64,000 bases of DNA from Alphaproteobacteria bacterium (GTDB taxonomy: Bacteria; Pseudomonadota; Alphaproteobacteria; RF32; CAG-239): assembly GCA_045632645.1 (NCBI GenBank), contig JAZQXC010000017.1, positions 12,434 to 76,433 of the forward strand. The letters are read 5' to 3'. Below are positions 8,666 through 18,588 of this stretch, in pieces. The notes beneath the pieces were generated by a model. It had not been told where the DNA came from. It saw only the letters and a program-made list of their open reading frames with translations, and did no database searches. Made by a program: the position numbers and the translations under genes. Every line of letters begins with the position of its first letter. The first letter of the stretch is position 1.

Positions 8666-9724
8666 ATGGTTAGTAAAAAATCATCTCTTAAAGATACTCT
8701 TGTTGAGGAAAAGAAAAATTCTCCTGAAGTTAAAGCTGTTATTAAAGAAGATAGTAAAAAGAAAAAAACTATTAAAACAGAATCTACTCCTAAAGCTATT
8801 AAACCTAAAGCTGTTAAGGAGGTTACCAAAAAAACTGAAAATACTACTAACCATAACTATAATCCTATAGATGAAGTTTTAAGTATTAAAGCTAAAAATG
8901 AAGAAAAGCGTGATGTTAATGCTTCTAAAAAAGTGGTTAAAACAAAATCTAAATTAAATTCTCCTGCTGAAAAAAACGAAATTGTTAATGTTGAGAAAAA
9001 AAGCAAGGTTGTTTTAGCAACTCGCAAACGCGATGAAGTAAAAGAAAACGCTAAAAAAGCAGGTGAGAAAAAATTTAAAGCTCTTAAAGATGAGCAATAT
9101 AATAATGAGTGCAAATCAACAACTGCTTTTAGAGCTTTTATTGATGGGTATAAAAATATTTTCAAATATAATGCACGTACATCTCGTTATGAATATTGGT
9201 CATTTTTACTTTTGAACTTAATCTTTGCTAATATTTTCTCTTTAGCTATTGTATTTTGTTCTGATATTCTATCTCCTATTTCTACCATTGTTATAACAAG
9301 TATATTTAATTTGATACAAATAATTGTATATCTTGCATTGGTTGTTAGACGTATTCATGATGTTGGAGAAAAAGCATGGAAGAGTTTTTATGCTCCACTT
9401 ACATATTCAGCTATTGCTGTTTTAGCTCTTGCATTTGGTGTTAGTTATTTATCTAAAATTGTTCCAACAATGAGTGTTAGTTTGATTTTAGTTATAATTT
9501 TAATGCTTGTTGCTTTATTTATTAATCTATACTATTTGATGAAAATATTTATTGTAGCTTCATTTGTAGAAGAAGAAGCAAAGGAAAATATCTATGGATT
9601 ACAAAAACCATATGACTTAAATAAAACTATTCGTTTTATGTGTTTATATTTTCTTATTGCCATTGTGATTTTTGCTGTTTCTAATGCACTATTATTTAAT
9701 AGCATGGTAGGTATTAGATACTAA
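8666..9724 (+). CDS. DUF805 membrane protein with Lys-rich N-terminal extension
   Basis: FKYNARTSRYEYW and VRRIHDVG DUF805 motifs; about 150 aa K/E-rich low-complexity N-terminus. Confidence 0.8.
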   Translation: MVSKKSSLKDTLVEEKKNSPEVKAVIKEDSKKKKTIKTESTPKAIKPKAVKEVTKKTENTTNHNYNPIDEVLSIKAKNEEKRDVNASKKVVKTKSKLNSPAEKNEIVNVEKKSKVVLATRKRDEVKENAKKAGEKKFKALKDEQYNNECKSTTAFRAFIDGYKNIFKYNARTSRYEYWSFLLLNLIFANIFSLAIVFCSDILSPISTIVITSIFNLIQIIVYLALVVRRIHDVGEKAWKSFYAPLTYSAIAVLALAFGVSYLSKIVPTMSVSLILVIILMLVALFINLYYLMKIFIVASFVEEEAKENIYGLQKPYDLNKTIRFMCLYFLIAIVIFAVSNALLFNSMVGIRY

Positions 9725-9738
9725 ATCACACACAAGTC

Positions 9739-9775
9739 AAACACCCTCAAGCATGTGCCTGAGGGTGTTTTTTTT
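9739..9775. terminator. intrinsic terminator
   Basis: AAACACCCTCA...TGAGGGTGTTTTTTTT. Confidence 0.8.
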
Positions 9776-9814
9776 GGAGAGAGTGAAAATTTATAATAAT
9801 TATTAAAACAAATT

Positions 9815-10489
9815 TTACGCAGGTATTAATTTTATAACATCCTCTACCATACTTGCTGAGCGATTTGGTAAATCTTGCCAGAAATTATTATATTGCTCTA
9901 CTTGATTTTCCTTTCCTACAACATCACTTATTATCCTTAAAGATAAATATGGTTTATTGTTTATGAAACAAGTTTGAGCGATTGCAGCACTTTCCATATC
10001 AACTGCTAGAGCTTTAGGAAAATTTGTTTTAATTTGTTTTAGATGATTAACATCAGTTAGAAACTGGTCTCCTGTTACAGTTAGTCCAAATTTAAAACCT
10101 TTATCAACCATCAATGGTTGGAAAGCTTCATTTAACAAGTCTTCCAACTCAAAATATAAAGGCAAATCTTGAATTTGACCTTTATGATTTGGCTCTCCGC
10201 ACCATACATCATGGTAGCAAACTTTTTGAGCAAGTACTATATCCCCCTGCTCTAAGCTATCATCAATTCCACCTGCAAGACCTGTTGTTACAACCAAATC
10301 TGCCCCGTTTCTGATTGCATAATCTGCTTTTAGTGCAGCATTTACTTTACCTATACCTGATTTTAGTAATAAGATTTTTTTACCATATTGATGAGATGTC
10401 ATACCCCCATTTTCTTCTTTAAAATCATAAAGGGACTTTACAGAGTTAAATTCAACATCCATTGCTGTTATGATTGCTATTGTTTTCAT
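9815..10489 (-). CDS. mtnN: 5'-methylthioadenosine/SAH nucleosidase
   Basis: SGIGKVNAA, GLAGG, TGDQF, AVDMESAAIAQ, RIISD. Confidence 0.93.
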   Translation of the reverse strand: MKTIAIITAMDVEFNSVKSLYDFKEENGGMTSHQYGKKILLLKSGIGKVNAALKADYAIRNGADLVVTTGLAGGIDDSLEQGDIVLAQKVCYHDVWCGEPNHKGQIQDLPLYFELEDLLNEAFQPLMVDKGFKFGLTVTGDQFLTDVNHLKQIKTNFPKALAVDMESAAIAQTCFINNKPYLSLRIISDVVGKENQVEQYNNFWQDLPNRSASMVEDVIKLIPA

Positions 10490-10498
10490 ATTACCTCT

Positions 10499-11158
10499 TT
10501 AATTATATTTACGAACAATTCCATATAGAATACCTTGAATTTGAACTCTATCTGCTGTTAGTTTTATTGGCTCATAATCTTTATTACATGGCAATAACCA
10601 AACCTCATTACCAGATTTTTTATCAAGCATTTTAAGAGTTGCTTCTTCATTATCAACTAAAGCTACGACAATTTGGCCATTATCTGCTCTATTGGCTCTT
10701 CTAATAATTGCTGTATCGCCATCAAATATACCTGCTTCTATCATAGATTCACCTTCGATAGTTAAAGCATATAATTCAGACTTTGTAGAAAAACTTTTGG
10801 GAATATAGATATATTCAGATGGATTAGCTATGGCTTCAATTGGGGTTCCGGCTGCTATTTTACCATAAAGTGGTACCATTAAAGAAAAATCTGCTTCAAT
10901 ATTATCATTAGCAATTTGTTTTTTATCTTCTACAGGTGTTTCTTTTTGTGGCAACTTAATAACCTCAAGCGCCCTTGCTTTGTGAGCAAGCTTTCTGATA
11001 AAACCTCTTTCCTCTAAGGAATTTAGTAAAGCATGAATACCTGATTTTGACTTTAATCCAACTGCCTCCTTCATCTCTTCAAATGATGGGGAATGACCTG
11101 TTTGATTAATAAATGCATCTATATACATTAGAAGCTTGTGTTGTTTAGGTGTTAACAT
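10499..11158 (-). CDS. lexA: SOS repressor LexA
   Basis: PSFEEMKEAVGLKSKSGIH HTH, IAAG cleavage site, GESM Ser, ATLK Lys; AGGAGG RBS. Confidence 0.97.
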   Translation of the reverse strand: MLTPKQHKLLMYIDAFINQTGHSPSFEEMKEAVGLKSKSGIHALLNSLEERGFIRKLAHKARALEVIKLPQKETPVEDKKQIANDNIEADFSLMVPLYGKIAAGTPIEAIANPSEYIYIPKSFSTKSELYALTIEGESMIEAGIFDGDTAIIRRANRADNGQIVVALVDNEEATLKMLDKKSGNEVWLLPCNKDYEPIKLTADRVQIQGILYGIVRKYN

Positions 11159-11183
11159 ATTTCCTCCTAATATGATTAATTTT

Positions 11184-11217
11184 GTTCTACTTTAGTTCTC
11201 TTTTCTTTCATTGTCAA
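11184..11217 (-). promoter_or_regulatory. lexA promoter with alphaproteobacterial SOS box
   Basis: GTTC-TACTTTA-GTTC at 11184-11198 overlaps the -10 of a minus-strand TTGACA-17nt-TAAAGT promoter. Confidence 0.88.
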
Positions 11218-11304
11218 TATTTTTTTTATTATTTTTTCTTTAATGCTTAATTTAACTATTTATCAACCATTTATGCTGTATTAAGCTTATGTTAGGAGTA
11301 AAAA

Positions 11305-12000
11305 ATGAGCGATTTTTTATATGAAAGTATCTTAATTGGGAAAAAACCTAAAAAACTTATTGTTTTTTTGCATGGTTATAAAAGTTGTATAGACGACTTA
11401 AGACCTGCTGTTGAGGTATTAAAACAACAACTTAATGATACTCTTGTTATTATACCTTCTTCTAGTGTTGAATGCGAGAGAAATCCTCAAAAAAAACAAT
11501 GGTATGCGCTTGTTGATATTGACCCATTGAAGAAAAGAAGAAATCCTAACACGTCTGTAAAAGAAATTATCTCTATTTATAATAAGATGGGAGATAGAAT
11601 TAGTTTTGTTGCTAAAAAAATAAATCTTTTTATTTCTTCTATTCAAAGACAGTTTGGTATTACAAACAAAAACACATTCATTATGGGATTTTCTCAAGGT
11701 GCTATGCTTGCAATTTATACTGGACTTAGTCGTTCATATACAGTTGGTGGTGTTTTTTCTTTTGCAGGAGTTATTTGTGGCAAAGACATGCTTGAAAAGG
11801 AATTAAGCTCTACTCCTAATGTGTACCTTTTCCATGGAACAAGCGATTTAGCTGTTCAATATAAAACTCTAAAATATACTAAATCTTGGCTTGATAAACA
11901 TAATATTGCTTGGGAATCTGTTGAATATGATGGTATTGAACATAAAATTATAGATGATGAAATGATTGATGCAGCAATGATTATAAATAAATCTAATTAG
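11305..12000 (+). CDS. alpha/beta hydrolase (phospholipase/carboxylesterase, YpfH-like)
   Basis: VFLHGY, GFSQG nucleophile elbow, FHGTSD, terminal His. Confidence 0.88.
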   Translation: MSDFLYESILIGKKPKKLIVFLHGYKSCIDDLRPAVEVLKQQLNDTLVIIPSSSVECERNPQKKQWYALVDIDPLKKRRNPNTSVKEIISIYNKMGDRISFVAKKINLFISSIQRQFGITNKNTFIMGFSQGAMLAIYTGLSRSYTVGGVFSFAGVICGKDMLEKELSSTPNVYLFHGTSDLAVQYKTLKYTKSWLDKHNIAWESVEYDGIEHKIIDDEMIDAAMIINKSN

Positions 12001-12928
12001 TTTCTAGCCATTCTAATAATTCTATAAAACGTTTAACTGAGGCATCATGACTTAAGTTATTGATTGTTATTTGTCTTGCTTTATTGATTTTGTATTTAAC
12101 TTCATCATATTTAGCGCTATAATATTTTATCAACTCAGGAATCTCACTTAAATAATTGTAATAAATTAAATTATCTTTATATGTATTATATACTGCATCG
12201 CTCCATTTTGATATAACAAGCGTGCCAGATGCTGTGGCGTTTACTACTTCGTCTGGAATTAGTTTATTATAATAATCGTTATCAATGATAACAAACTTAG
12301 CTCCTGATAACATCTTATTTTCTTTTTTTATTATATCTTGTAATGAAGCATCATGCTCCGTATCATTACCCCAAAAACGCCCCACAAATTGAATATTGGG
12401 AAGATTAGATAAATAATCTTTTAACTCTGTTGATTGGTTTCTATTTTCATAATAAACGATACCCTTTTTAACCTCGTTAGTAGGATAATATTCTTTTGTA
12501 TTGGTGCCTAAATAAAAACGAGCTGACTTTATATTGCTACGCATATAGTGTTCATATAATTCCTGATATGGTGTTAAAACTATTGGTTTTACTTTTAGCT
12601 CTAACCAATCAAATGTATAATAGTCTTCATTATAAATAAAATTGTACTTAAATGGTGTATTTTCCATTATTTTTTTTACCATATTAGGTGATTTAAACCA
12701 TATAGCTGTTTTTTGTACAGTTTTTATATCTTTATTAACAAGCACACGATAGCCTGATTTTTTTAAACCATCTATGAAGCCAATTTCTTGTATTGTTGGA
12801 TATTGATTTTTAGTATATATGTAGATAACATCTTTTTTTACCAATAAAAACGGCAGAGTGCAAAGCACTACTGCCGTTATTGATAACAACACTATTAAAA
12901 TATTTTTATGTGCTGTTCTTAGTTTCAT
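11993..12928 (-). CDS. CgeB-like glycosyltransferase (GT-B), N-terminal TM anchor
   Basis: paralogue of the upstream gene; GRFWG, ATASGTLVIS, RQITINNLSH C-terminal pattern. Confidence 0.65.
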   Translation of the reverse strand: MKLRTAHKNILIVLLSITAVVLCTLPFLLVKKDVIYIYTKNQYPTIQEIGFIDGLKKSGYRVLVNKDIKTVQKTAIWFKSPNMVKKIMENTPFKYNFIYNEDYYTFDWLELKVKPIVLTPYQELYEHYMRSNIKSARFYLGTNTKEYYPTNEVKKGIVYYENRNQSTELKDYLSNLPNIQFVGRFWGNDTEHDASLQDIIKKENKMLSGAKFVIIDNDYYNKLIPDEVVNATASGTLVISKWSDAVYNTYKDNLIYYNYLSEIPELIKYYSAKYDEVKYKINKARQITINNLSHDASVKRFIELLEWLETN

Positions 12929-13942
12929 TTAGAGTTTTTTCTCATTAATAATGAACTCAACTAAACCATTTAGACGTTGAACTAATGCATCAACATTGTA
13001 TTCAGCAACAGCTATTTTATAAGCCTTTTCTGCTTTTTCTGCACGAGATTTCTCATCATTGATGTATTGATCATATAATGCTTTTAACTCATCTTTATTT
13101 TTGTACATTGGAATTGCATCACCAAATACTGCTTCAATTTCTTTATTGTATGGAGCAATCATAAATCCTTTTGATGCTGCAATATCATATACACGTGATG
13201 GAATAATACCAATCTCAGACTCGTGAGCTGATACATTTACTAAATTGATTTTAGCTGATGAGAAATATGATGCTAAATCATTATCGTTTATATATTCACC
13301 CTTAATGAACTCACCTTCAATATTGCCAGCCCAAAAACGTCCATATATTTCAACAGGAAGTTTTGCTTCTAATGCAGCTGAAATTGCAACGCTATGTCTA
13401 TTATTGTCACCGACATAAAGTAAATCACGCTCTAATTCTTTTTTAGGTGATGGATAAAATACTGATGGGTCTGTTGCTTCTGGCAAGTAAACAGCTGCAT
13501 AACCTGCTCCCATTACATAGTTATAAAAGTCATGTGATGATGTTGCAATTGCATCATAAGAATCCATTTCTTCTGGATATAAAGCATCAAAATCACGAAT
13601 ATAAACAATGTTTACTGCTTTTGGATTAGTCTTTAATTCAGAAAATGGAGTATATCCTCTAACATAGAAGTTTACACCTGCATCTTCTGTACCTGCTTGA
13701 TATAAATTATCTTCTGATGTTGTAACAACATTATAACCAACACGAGAAAATGCACGTTCCATAGCTGAATTTACATCTGCTCGGCTCATTGTTTTATATT
13801 GACGAAGCTCTCCAACTCGAAGTGCTATTTTATTTAAATCAACTTTACTTGAATTGCCTTTAAATACTACTAAACATACTATTAATATAAGCAAAATAGA
13901 TGTAAGTACTGAAAGAACTATTTTCATTGCTTTATCGCTCAT
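12929..13942 (-). CDS. CgeB-like glycosyltransferase (GT-B), N-terminal TM anchor
   Basis: LPEATDPSVFYP, YGRFW, SAKINL, RVYDIAASKGF; GGAG RBS before ATG 13942. Confidence 0.78.
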   Translation of the reverse strand: MSDKAMKIVLSVLTSILLILIVCLVVFKGNSSKVDLNKIALRVGELRQYKTMSRADVNSAMERAFSRVGYNVVTTSEDNLYQAGTEDAGVNFYVRGYTPFSELKTNPKAVNIVYIRDFDALYPEEMDSYDAIATSSHDFYNYVMGAGYAAVYLPEATDPSVFYPSPKKELERDLLYVGDNNRHSVAISAALEAKLPVEIYGRFWAGNIEGEFIKGEYINDNDLASYFSSAKINLVNVSAHESEIGIIPSRVYDIAASKGFMIAPYNKEIEAVFGDAIPMYKNKDELKALYDQYINDEKSRAEKAEKAYKIAVAEYNVDALVQRLNGLVEFIINEKKL

Positions 13943-14104
13943 AATTGTCTCCATGATATTTAAACAAAAAACCTCTTAAAAAATAAAAAGCTTAGAGTGA
14001 TTTTAAATCTTTCATTATTTTTAACAAGTTATTTTTTTTTATTTACACAAGTTTTCAAAAAAATAAGGCAAAATCTTAACTGTTAATGCCTTATTTTTTA
14101 TTTC

Positions 14105-14458
14105 CTATTTTTTAGGTTTAAAAGCTTTCATTTCTTTATTAAATTTTTTTATTTGCTCATCACCCCAACCCATAATATAATTATCACCTAATATAATAAA
14201 AGGTGTTCCGAGTGAGTGTGTTGGAACCTTAAAACGTCTAGCATAACGCATCATGTAATCCATATTTGAGCCTTCGCGAATATTTAGCTCTTTAATATCA
14301 TAATTCTCATAATATCTTGCCATATATTCATGTGCATTTATGCAATGTCCACACCCTGGTTGTGAAAAAACATAAACGCGATTAGTGGTTGTTTCATCAT
14401 TGCAAGAGCTAAGAATAAAACTCATACAAATTAAAAATAATGCAAATAAACGTTTCAT
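14105..14458 (-). CDS. glutaredoxin-like lipoprotein
   Basis: lipobox LSSC, FSQPGCGHC, GTP, GW. Confidence 0.8.
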   Translation of the reverse strand: MKRLFALFLICMSFILSSCNDETTTNRVYVFSQPGCGHCINAHEYMARYYENYDIKELNIREGSNMDYMMRYARRFKVPTHSLGTPFIILGDNYIMGWGDEQIKKFNKEMKAFKPKK

Positions 14459-14621
14459 ATTATAAAATCCTTTTTTCATTTTTATCTTTATACTATATAA
14501 AAGTTCATAAAAAAAACTTAAAGCTAATATTTATTTTATACACTTATATTCTTGACATGAGGCTTTTTTAGGTGTTTAATTTACCCGGTTTTAAACATTT
14601 AATAAATAAGGACATTAGGTT

Positions 14622-16145
14622 ATGGCTCTGAAAAATATTAGAGAAAGCAGTTATCCAGACTGGTATCAAAACGTTGTTGCAAGTGCTGATATGGCCGAAG
14701 TTTCTTCTTCTCCTGGTTGTATGGTTATTAAGCCATGGGGATATGGAATTTGGGAGCGTTTGCAAAAACTTTTGGATGAAAAAATTAAAGAAACAAATCA
14801 TGAAAACTGTTATTTCCCAATGTTTATCCCTTTGAGCTATTTTCAAAAAGAAGCTGAGCATGTTGAGGGATTTGCAAAAGAAATGGCTGTGGTTACTCAT
14901 TCTCGTCTTACATCTGTTGATGGAAAGTTAATACCCTCTAGCCCCCTCGATGAGCCTTTAATTGTACGTCCAACATCTGAAACTATTATTGCTGATTCTT
15001 TTTCTAAGTGGGTTCATTCATATCGTGATTTACCTATTATGATTAACCAATGGGCAAACGTTGTACGTTGGGAAATGCGCCCCCGCCTATTTCTTAGAAC
15101 TCGCGAATTTTTATGGCAAGAAGGGCATACTGCTCATAGCACATATAATGAAGCTGAAAAGGAAGCTGAAACAATGCTTAATGTATATAAAGATTTGTGC
15201 GAAAATGATATGGCAATGCCTGTATTAACTGGTAAAAAACCAGAATATGATAAATTCCCTGGTGCTGTTAATACATATTGTATTGAAGCGATGATGCAAG
15301 ATGGTAGAGCCTTACAAGCTGGTACATCTCACTTTTTGGGGCAAAATTTTGCTAAATCTGCTGACATTAAGTTTGTTAACCCAAATAATGAGCAAGAATT
15401 TGCATACACAACATCTTGGGGGGTGTCTACTCGTTTAATTGGTGGATTGATTATGACACATGGTGATGATGAAGGTATGGTTGTTCCTCCAAAACTTGCA
15501 CCTTATCAAGTTGTTATCATCCCTCTATTGAAAGACAAAGCTCGTGAAAATGAAATCATAGCTTATGCTGAAAAATTAAGAGATGCATTAAAACAACAAT
15601 CTTATGCCGGTGAAAAAATTAGAGTTAAACTTGATAACCGTCTAAAAGATGGCGTTGATAAAATGTGGGAGTGGACTAGAAAAGGCGCGCCTATCATTGT
15701 TGAAGTTGGTCCTAAAGACCTTGATAAAAATGCTTTGATGTTTAGAAACCGTATTTATATTAGTGATAAAGATGGTTGGAAAAATTTTGAAGGTTTTGAT
15801 GAGTTTGTGAATAGTATTTCAGATAAGCTTCAAAATATTCAAGGTGAAATGTTAAATAGAGCATCTAATAGATTGAAAAATAACATTGTTACCTCTATTA
15901 AAACCCCTGAAGAGTTTAATGAATATTTCAAAAACTCTAATGTTTTCTTAGAAAATAATGGAAAAACACCAACTGTTGCTTTTGTTAAAGGTAAATGGTG
16001 TGGTGATGATAATAGCGTAGAAAAACTTAAAGAGTTGCGCATTACTATTAGAGCTATACCTTTTGAACAAAGTGGAGAAGAAGGTATTTGTCTTGTTACT
16101 GGTAAAAAAGCAACAATGGATGTAATTTACGCTCGCTCTTATTAA
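14622..16145 (+). CDS. proS: proline--tRNA ligase (archaeal/eukaryotic type)
   Basis: RPTSET, NQWANVVRWE, FLRTREFLWQEGHT, QAGTSHFLGQNF, C-terminal ARSY. Confidence 0.97.
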   Translation: MALKNIRESSYPDWYQNVVASADMAEVSSSPGCMVIKPWGYGIWERLQKLLDEKIKETNHENCYFPMFIPLSYFQKEAEHVEGFAKEMAVVTHSRLTSVDGKLIPSSPLDEPLIVRPTSETIIADSFSKWVHSYRDLPIMINQWANVVRWEMRPRLFLRTREFLWQEGHTAHSTYNEAEKEAETMLNVYKDLCENDMAMPVLTGKKPEYDKFPGAVNTYCIEAMMQDGRALQAGTSHFLGQNFAKSADIKFVNPNNEQEFAYTTSWGVSTRLIGGLIMTHGDDEGMVVPPKLAPYQVVIIPLLKDKARENEIIAYAEKLRDALKQQSYAGEKIRVKLDNRLKDGVDKMWEWTRKGAPIIVEVGPKDLDKNALMFRNRIYISDKDGWKNFEGFDEFVNSISDKLQNIQGEMLNRASNRLKNNIVTSIKTPEEFNEYFKNSNVFLENNGKTPTVAFVKGKWCGDDNSVEKLKELRITIRAIPFEQSGEEGICLVTGKKATMDVIYARSY

Positions 16146-16195
16146 TCTATTTTAGAGCAAAATAAAAAAAGCACCGGTTTTTGGTGCTTTTTTTA

Positions 16196-16762
16196 TTAGA
16201 GATCCTTTATTGGATAAGGACTAATTTTTACATAGGTTTCCAAATCATGAAGCCCATCATAATGATAAACAGCCTCTTTTGCAGTGCTTTCAAGCGTGTA
16301 ACCTGTTAGTTTTGCAACCCTTGCTGACTTTGTATTATTTGCATCGCAACGAATAGTTATTCTGTGCATTCCACGCTCAAAAAGTTCTTTTTCAAGAGCT
16401 CGTACAGCTTCTGTCATATAACCTTTTGAGGTGGCTGAGCTTCTTAACCAATAACCGAGCTCGATATTTTGATTTGAGAAACTAATATTATGAGCACCGA
16501 TGCATCCGAGTAGTTTGTGAGTTTTTAATTCATAAATATCATATCCCCACTCAGTATCATCTTCCCATGCTTTTTCAAAATAATCTGTTGCTTTTACAAC
16601 ATCTTCATAGGTCTTGTTTTTATCAACCCAAAAAAGGTACTCTCTGATAACAGCTCTACTCTCTTCTAAGGCCTCCCACATTTCTTCATCATGGGCATGC
16701 TCTCTTTTTAAAAGTATTATACGCTCTGCTATAATACTTTCTTTTGGTTTAAACTTTTCCAT
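16196..16762 (-). CDS. RimJ/RimL family GNAT acetyltransferase
   Basis: ELGYWL...KGYMTEAV, NTKSARVA. Confidence 0.9.
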   Translation of the reverse strand: MEKFKPKESIIAERIILLKREHAHDEEMWEALEESRAVIREYLFWVDKNKTYEDVVKATDYFEKAWEDDTEWGYDIYELKTHKLLGCIGAHNISFSNQNIELGYWLRSSATSKGYMTEAVRALEKELFERGMHRITIRCDANNTKSARVAKLTGYTLESTAKEAVYHYDGLHDLETYVKISPYPIKDL

Positions 16763-16857
16763 AACAACTCCTTTTATTTATTATACTTTATTTTTTTAAT
16801 TTTTTTTTGCAATAAAAAACCCCAATAATGTGTAAAACATAATTGGGGTTTAGTTGT

Positions 16858-17652
16858 TTAAGGAACAATCTCTGTTGGATGAAGCTCTTGTAGCTCTGCC
16901 TTTTTCTTATCTCTAAAGGCATTCATTACTTTAGGGCGAAATCCATACTTTTCGTAATGCAACTTTGCTAAATTAAAATATCTTTCAACTAGCAAAGCCT
17001 GAGAGTTCTCAAAATAAAGTTGCTTTTGTGAGATATAATCATCAAGTTTGTCTTCTGACATATTATTGATAAGATATACCTCTTGGTTTTCATCAAAATA
17101 AGACTTTATCAAAAGATATCTAGAAGCAATGCAGTCATTTTTGAGTGCAACCACTAAGATAATGTCTGTTAAAATAGTTCTTTTGCTGTTGTCAACATAG
17201 GTCTTAAACAACTCAAGTCCTATTTGCTTTTGGCTTTGAAGCATTTTAACAACGTACATTTCTTCTGCCATTTGAGACAATCTCTTTTGGGGATCTAGAT
17301 AACCATTTGGTGCAAGATAGTTTTCTAGAAGCAAAATGTTATTCTCTCGTGATAGAAGAAGCACCTCTTGTTCATCTGTTAGCTCATATTCTAGAACTAT
17401 TTTTTGAACAAGCTCTTTTGAATGTGCGTCTTTTAAGATGTTTGTTACTTGATACGGTTTGAGTTTATATTTCCCCATATAGTCAAACAATATCTCTTTT
17501 TTTCTTTCTAGCTTTTTTGAAGTTTTCCCCTCTTTTAGGTTTTTGTCTGCTTCAATCAAGCTATCGACAACCTTATCATCTAGAGCTGACTTATCGTATG
17601 CTCTAGTACCCTTTAGCCATAGAGTTAGGCTATTAATCCAATACTTTACCAT
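16858..17652 (-). CDS. orphan hypothetical protein (helical, repeat-like)
   Basis: 264-aa ORF with own promoter (TTGACA 17728-17723, -10 TAATTT) and terminator 16814-16851; no SD. Confidence 0.75.
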   Translation of the reverse strand: MVKYWINSLTLWLKGTRAYDKSALDDKVVDSLIEADKNLKEGKTSKKLERKKEILFDYMGKYKLKPYQVTNILKDAHSKELVQKIVLEYELTDEQEVLLLSRENNILLLENYLAPNGYLDPQKRLSQMAEEMYVVKMLQSQKQIGLELFKTYVDNSKRTILTDIILVVALKNDCIASRYLLIKSYFDENQEVYLINNMSEDKLDDYISQKQLYFENSQALLVERYFNLAKLHYEKYGFRPKVMNAFRDKKKAELQELHPTEIVP

Positions 17653-17760
17653 AAACTTTATTTTTTATTTTTGACATAATCAATACTTTAATCGACATAA
17701 AATTACACCAAAACAGATATTTTGTCAACAAAAAAATAAATAATTTATGATATTTTTGAT

Positions 17761-18435
17761 TTAATTATCAATATTGACAAGCTCTATCATAGACAAAACA
17801 AGATTATTAGCCCCTTTTGCAACCTCTTTTATTGATTTTGCAAGCATGTAGGCAGGAGTTGTAACTATTTTATTTTTTGTATCTATTGAAACTTCACTTG
17901 CTTCTTTATTTTCATGAATTGCACCTGTTTTTTCTATATTTTGAGCAACTTTTTTATCATTTCCTATGGTTATTTTAATACCATATTTACCAAGAACTAA
18001 TGCTAATACTACTGGCGCAATACACATTGCACCTATTACTTTATTTTTTATAAAAGCTGTTTCTAAAATGTAACTAATTGAAGAATCTATATCGCAATTA
18101 ATACCTTTGGCATTAAAATCGCACCAGTTTGTTATGGCACCTACCCCACCTGGCAATAATATACAATCAAAATCATCTATATTTAATTCATCAATTGGCA
18201 ATATATCCCCTCTTGCTATTCTTGCTGATTCAACCAAAACATTACGGTTTTCTGGCATTGGCTCTGATGTTAGATTATTTATTACTTTTGCCTGCATAAC
18301 ATCTGGAGCAAAGCATTGATATGTACAACCACTATTATCAATCGCTAAAAGAGCTGTAACCGTTTCATGTATTTCTGAACCATCAGCTCTTCCACATCCT
18401 GATAATATGACAGCAAAACGTGGCATTTTTTTCAT
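17761..18435 (-). CDS. elbB: isoprenoid biosynthesis glyoxalase ElbB (DJ-1/PfpI family)
   Basis: AVILSGCG..DGSEIHE, RNVLVESARIARG, MCIAP, TTPAYM; start moved to 18435. Confidence 0.93.
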   Translation of the reverse strand: MKKMPRFAVILSGCGRADGSEIHETVTALLAIDNSGCTYQCFAPDVMQAKVINNLTSEPMPENRNVLVESARIARGDILPIDELNIDDFDCILLPGGVGAITNWCDFNAKGINCDIDSSISYILETAFIKNKVIGAMCIAPVVLALVLGKYGIKITIGNDKKVAQNIEKTGAIHENKEASEVSIDTKNKIVTTPAYMLAKSIKEVAKGANNLVLSMIELVNIDN

Positions 18436-18588
18436 CTTTCTTCTCCTTTTTAATAAAAAATAAGTACTTATATGTATATATATCAAAAAAAAATTAAATC
18501 AACACAAGTTGTTTCTATTGATTTATTTTTTGAATTAATATATTAGTTTTGATATTGGATTAACTTTATTGTTTGGGTTTTAATTAAA

